Source: Nautiliaceae bacterium (GTDB lineage: Bacteria > Campylobacterota > Campylobacteria > Campylobacterales > Nautiliaceae). Taken from it: a DNA stretch of 41,722 nt. The notes below the pieces were generated by a model, which was given only the letters and a program-made list of their open reading frames with translations, did no database searches and was not told the DNA's origin. Positions within the stretch are counted from its first letter, which is position 1. Every line of letters begins with the position of its first letter. The stretch covers positions 1 through 41,722 of the forward strand of contig JBDONT010000037.1 of NCBI GenBank assembly GCA_039831155.1, read 5' to 3'. Both the position numbers and the translations under genes were made by a program. Positions 38,053 to 41,722 of the stretch are shown one piece after another.

Positions 38053-40578
38053 TTATTTATCAATAACGTCAATACATTTATCTATACATTTGTCATAATC
38101 AGAACTCCATAAAAATCCCCCGTTTCCTTCTTTTGCACCTTTACATATTCCGGCACAACTTAGTCTTTTTCCAAAGCTGTAATTTCCTCTTTCACATTTT
38201 CTTTTACCTAAGTAGCAGTATCCCTCACAACTGCTTCTTTGGTCGAAAAATCCTTTTGTAGATTTTGTTTTACAGTAGTTCATACATTTGTTAAAGATTC
38301 TCTCACAGTTTGAAGATGAAGTTGATTTTTTAATAATTTTTCCGTTCCATTCTTTAATTGCTGCGTTTAGTGTATCTACTATTTTGTTGTTCATATCGTC
38401 TACACCGTTAAAGTTTTCTGAATATGTATGGGTGTATTTACTAAAGAAAAGACGGACTTGTTTTAGATATGCACTTACTTTACCTTTTGTAGGGTAGTGG
38501 TTTTTCATAGTTGTTCTTACTTTTACGATTCCCCATATGCCTCCAAGTCCAAATAGACCTCCTCTTGATAGGTTTTTATTTAATTCAAACGTACCTTTTC
38601 CTACCGGCCATCCGTTTTTATCTATATTTCCATTCCAGTCGATATAATCCCATTTATTGTAAAAGATTGTCCTTTTAATCTCCTGCATTGCGTTTTTGTA
38701 TTTTATATTTAGGATTTTGTTGTTTATTTTAGATAAATATTTGGAATGAGGGTATTTTCTTTTAAATGCATATAAAGATTTTAAGGTGTTTTGTTTAATT
38801 GCTTTTTTGAAGTCTTCTGTTTCTTGGTAGTCTTTTTTGTGAGCTAAAAAATAATCGATTAATTTGTATCTTATGGCTATTACTTTAGAATTTTTGATTG
38901 ATACTTTAAATACGTCTTTATCATCCGAGTTTTTGTAAATTTTTTTTAAGAAAAGATAATCTTTTTTTGACATTTTTACTTTATATTTTATAGGAAATTT
39001 GTAAGAGACTTTACATTCTTTGTTAATGCAGTTTTTTACTCTTAATATGTACCAATATGTTGATGAGTAAAAGCTGTTGTATTCATATAAAGGAAAAGCC
39101 TCTTTATCAATTCTAGGAAAGACAAACGTTACGTCTTCAAATGCCACTTTTACTGATTTATCTTCTTCTCCGGTAAAATCATATTTTTTACCTCTTATAA
39201 TTACATATTTAAAAGGTTTTTTATCGGCTTTAAATACGTATTTTCCACCTGTATGAATAGACCCGGTACTTGCTATATGAAGGGTTATTTTTGTTTCTTT
39301 GTCGTTTGTATAGACAGATTTTACTTTTAATGAACTGTTATTTGGAGAAAAATATAGGCATTTGTCTTTTTCAAAGCAGTTTTTTACTCCGTAAATGTAC
39401 CATTTGCCGTATTCTTGTTTTTTTGATTCTACTAAATTGAAATAAGAAAAGTTGTTTTTAGGGAATATGAAATCAATGTCTAAATTTCCGTAAAAACACG
39501 CTTTTTCGTCATAGTAGTTTGTAGTGTATTTACCCAAAGAGAAAGTGAAGTTTTTGAGTTCTTTATAGTTGTTTAATGCTCCTATTTTAAAAGCGTATTT
39601 TGTGCCTTTATAGTACAAACATCCTCCATCCCAGGCACCCCCTTTGAAGTGCACTCGCACGTAAGTATTTTTGTTATCGGTAAATACGTTAAGTATTTTT
39701 AAAGAGTTTGTTATGTATCTTAAGCTAAGTGTGTCTAAAGTAACGTAAACATAGTTATTTTTGAAATAAAACATATAAGCCGGTTTACCGTATTTCAAAG
39801 TTAACACGATAGGATAGAATTTTAAATAAAGGCTGTTTATCTCTTTTAAAAACCTTTTTTTATTGTTAACGGATAAATCTTTAAGTTTTTGTTTGATTTT
39901 AGGGTGGGTGTCTAGGTAATAGTCCACATAAACGCCTGTTGCTTCATATAAAGACATTTTTTCCAAATTTACTGGTACGTATTTTTTTCTCCAGAAATCT
40001 TTGTTGGTTTTTAAATATCTCCAGTCAACCTCTCCTGAGATATTAAATTTTTTTCTTTTTAGAGTGATAGTTTTATTTATGTCTTTATTGTTGATTGTAA
40101 TTTTAAAAGTTTTAGGATAGTATAAAAACTTATGGGCTACTATTGTGTAAGAACCGTTTTTTAGCCATAAATTGGGAGATGTTATAGATTTTTTTAATTC
40201 TTTTATATAAAAGGTTGTTTTAAAAGGGGCGTTTATGTGGAGTTTAAATTCACTTCTGTTTTTTTCCAGAAAAGATAGGGGGATTTTTCCTTTTTTTGTA
40301 TAGGCGTAATAATCGTCTATTTTTTTTATTCTTATTTTTTCGCCTTTTTTAAATTTCTTATACTCTTTTTTTACATAAACTTCTTTTGCCAGTCCCATTT
40401 TCAGAATTTTTAGTCTTAGTTTTGCTTCTTTTACATATTCATCATCTTCATCGTTATATTCTTTTAAGAAGTTCTGATAAGCTTTTGGAGTGTTTATTTT
40501 GGCAGCTTGGTTAAATGCATCTTCGGCACATCCACTAAAAATAAAAATCGCTATTATAATAGATAATAAAAATTTCAT
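38053..40578 (-). CDS. Large modular lipoprotein of unknown function
   Basis: Lipobox IFSGC; PEGA-like segment; two internal beta-rich repeats; 10-Cys C-terminus; AAGGAG SD. Confidence 0.8.
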   Translation of the reverse strand: MKFLLSIIIAIFIFSGCAEDAFNQAAKINTPKAYQNFLKEYNDEDDEYVKEAKLRLKILKMGLAKEVYVKKEYKKFKKGEKIRIKKIDDYYAYTKKGKIPLSFLEKNRSEFKLHINAPFKTTFYIKELKKSITSPNLWLKNGSYTIVAHKFLYYPKTFKITINNKDINKTITLKRKKFNISGEVDWRYLKTNKDFWRKKYVPVNLEKMSLYEATGVYVDYYLDTHPKIKQKLKDLSVNNKKRFLKEINSLYLKFYPIVLTLKYGKPAYMFYFKNNYVYVTLDTLSLRYITNSLKILNVFTDNKNTYVRVHFKGGAWDGGCLYYKGTKYAFKIGALNNYKELKNFTFSLGKYTTNYYDEKACFYGNLDIDFIFPKNNFSYFNLVESKKQEYGKWYIYGVKNCFEKDKCLYFSPNNSSLKVKSVYTNDKETKITLHIASTGSIHTGGKYVFKADKKPFKYVIIRGKKYDFTGEEDKSVKVAFEDVTFVFPRIDKEAFPLYEYNSFYSSTYWYILRVKNCINKECKVSYKFPIKYKVKMSKKDYLFLKKIYKNSDDKDVFKVSIKNSKVIAIRYKLIDYFLAHKKDYQETEDFKKAIKQNTLKSLYAFKRKYPHSKYLSKINNKILNIKYKNAMQEIKRTIFYNKWDYIDWNGNIDKNGWPVGKGTFELNKNLSRGGLFGLGGIWGIVKVRTTMKNHYPTKGKVSAYLKQVRLFFSKYTHTYSENFNGVDDMNNKIVDTLNAAIKEWNGKIIKKSTSSSNCERIFNKCMNYCKTKSTKGFFDQRSSCEGYCYLGKRKCERGNYSFGKRLSCAGICKGAKEGNGGFLWSSDYDKCIDKCIDVIDK

Positions 40579-40785
40579 CCTTTCTCCTTTAATTTTTCAT
40601 TAATTTTTATTGTATTTAATTTTTATTAATTTAAAAAACTTTTAATTCCGATTTAATAAAAGTGTTACTAAATCACACATTAGACATTGTTTTGATTTTT
40701 TTGTCAAAAATATAAACCTAAAATTTAATCTTTTCGATAAAGAAATTAAATTTATGTTAATATTTGAGGAAAAAAAGGATAAAAG

Positions 40786-41595
40786 GTGCTTAAGAATTTA
40801 ACTATAAGACAGAAACTTTTGCTGGCAGTTGGAATACCACTTGGATTTATTTTAATTTTGAGTGTTTATCTGCTTTACAATCAGTATGAAAAACTGAAAT
40901 TACAACACAACTATAAAAAAATCTTAAATTTAACAATTCTTTATATGTCCAATACGCTTGTTGAACTTCAAAAAGAGAGAGGGCTTATATTGCTTATATG
41001 ATAAGTACGGGGGATTTAAATCAGGAAATTTTAACGGCTTTGAATTCTACAATTGTAAATCAGGAGAATTTATTGGAAGAGTTGCCGGGTGTTGATGAGG
41101 TAACAAGAAGCCTTACAAGAGAAGTTGATGAGATTAGAAAAGATTTTCAGGTAATTCCTCTTAAACTTCAAATTGTATCTCAAATGAAAAATATAGTTGG
41201 ATATGGAGGTTTTATTCATAATTTTAAAAATTATGTTTTAAGGGGAAAGGGAAAATATCAGACAAAAATTAATAAACTATACGATAAACTTATTTCAAAG
41301 ATTGAAGAGTATAAACATTTAGGTGTATCAAAAGAGGAAGCAGTAGAACTTCAAAAGATAAAAAATGTATTTACTAAATATTATCAGGGATTACAAAAAG
41401 TTGTTGAAGCTTATAATAACGGTACTTCCGTTAAAAAACTGGATAAAATAGTTAAGGTAAACGAAACGATACTCCGGCTATTGAAGCTTTTAAAGTTTTA
41501 AGCAGTGCTAAAGAGATAAAAAAGGTTTCTGTTGCTACGTGGATAAAAATCTCTACCCAAAGAATTAACGCTTATAAAAAAATTGCTGATAAAAT
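40786..41595 (+). pseudogene. Fragmented NIT-like sensor chemoreceptor/signalling gene interrupted by an IS
   Basis: TM helix, LQKERGL, GYGGFIHNFKNYVLRG and W...ST.RIN motifs; frameshifts near 40990 and at the 5-bp duplication 41460-41469. Confidence 0.75.
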
Positions 41596-41722
41596 GGGAC
41601 TATTAGAAATTCCGTGTCAGTCTGGATAAAATACTAAAAATGAAAGGACTGACATGGAAAGATTTGATTTTGAAAAAGCGGTAAAAGAGTTATTAGCAGG
41701 TAAGAAGATAGGAGGTAAAGAC
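41596..41722 (+). mobile_element. Left end of an IS256-family insertion sequence (truncated by the window)
   Basis: End sequence GGGACTATTAGAAATTCCGTGTCA resembles IS256-family IRs as recalled; followed by a transposase-like N-terminus. Confidence 0.7.
41654..41722 (+). CDS. IS256-family transposase, N-terminal fragment
   Basis: MERFDFEKAVKELLAGKKIGGKD resembles the FDFDKAL..L..G..LTGKDG start of IS285/IS1414-type transposases; AAAGGA SD. Confidence 0.7.
   Translation, partial: MERFDFEKAVKELLAGKKIGGKD

Noticed and set aside
141-38497. Numerous antisense or alternate-frame ORFs (e.g. 141-503, 7739-8245, 28351-28695, 29267-29680)
   Set aside because: Shadows of well-supported genes, with no motifs or RBS.
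1-41722. CRISPR array, tRNA, rRNA or prophage
   Set aside because: No repeat-spacer periodicity, cloverleaf or phage hallmark genes were seen by eye.

Overview
AT-rich bacterial chromosome segment. Gene order and protein style point to Campylobacterota, probably a vent-type Nautiliaceae organism (inference). Housekeeping blocks are hisB-kdsC-lptC-lptA-yihA-GNAT-(mreD-like)-mrdA; dnaG; lapB-like; RNase P RNA; proA-ppx; ilvIH; lpxD; pgbA-like-glcD-xth-dedA; and an aminotransferase. The accessory material is: (1) a 12.8-kb gap-free operon joining a Coo-type (group 4c) energy-converting [NiFe] hydrogenase, with no CO dehydrogenase, to a CooF/HydN ferredoxin, HypA, a GltD-like NAD(P)H flavoprotein and a cytoplasmic SdhABE-type fumarate reductase, behind a promoter with a T14 tract and paired palindromes; (2) an Rpn/YhgA-like PD-(D/E)XK gene between ilvH and lpxD carrying an internal promoter, SD and in-frame ATG, a candidate gene-within-gene toxin/antitoxin; (3) a TDT transporter-ArsR unit with an inverted-repeat operator; (4) an 841-aa modular lipoprotein; (5) two decayed signalling loci, one hit by an IS256-family element at the window end. 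All calls come from reading motifs by eye; no database searches were run.
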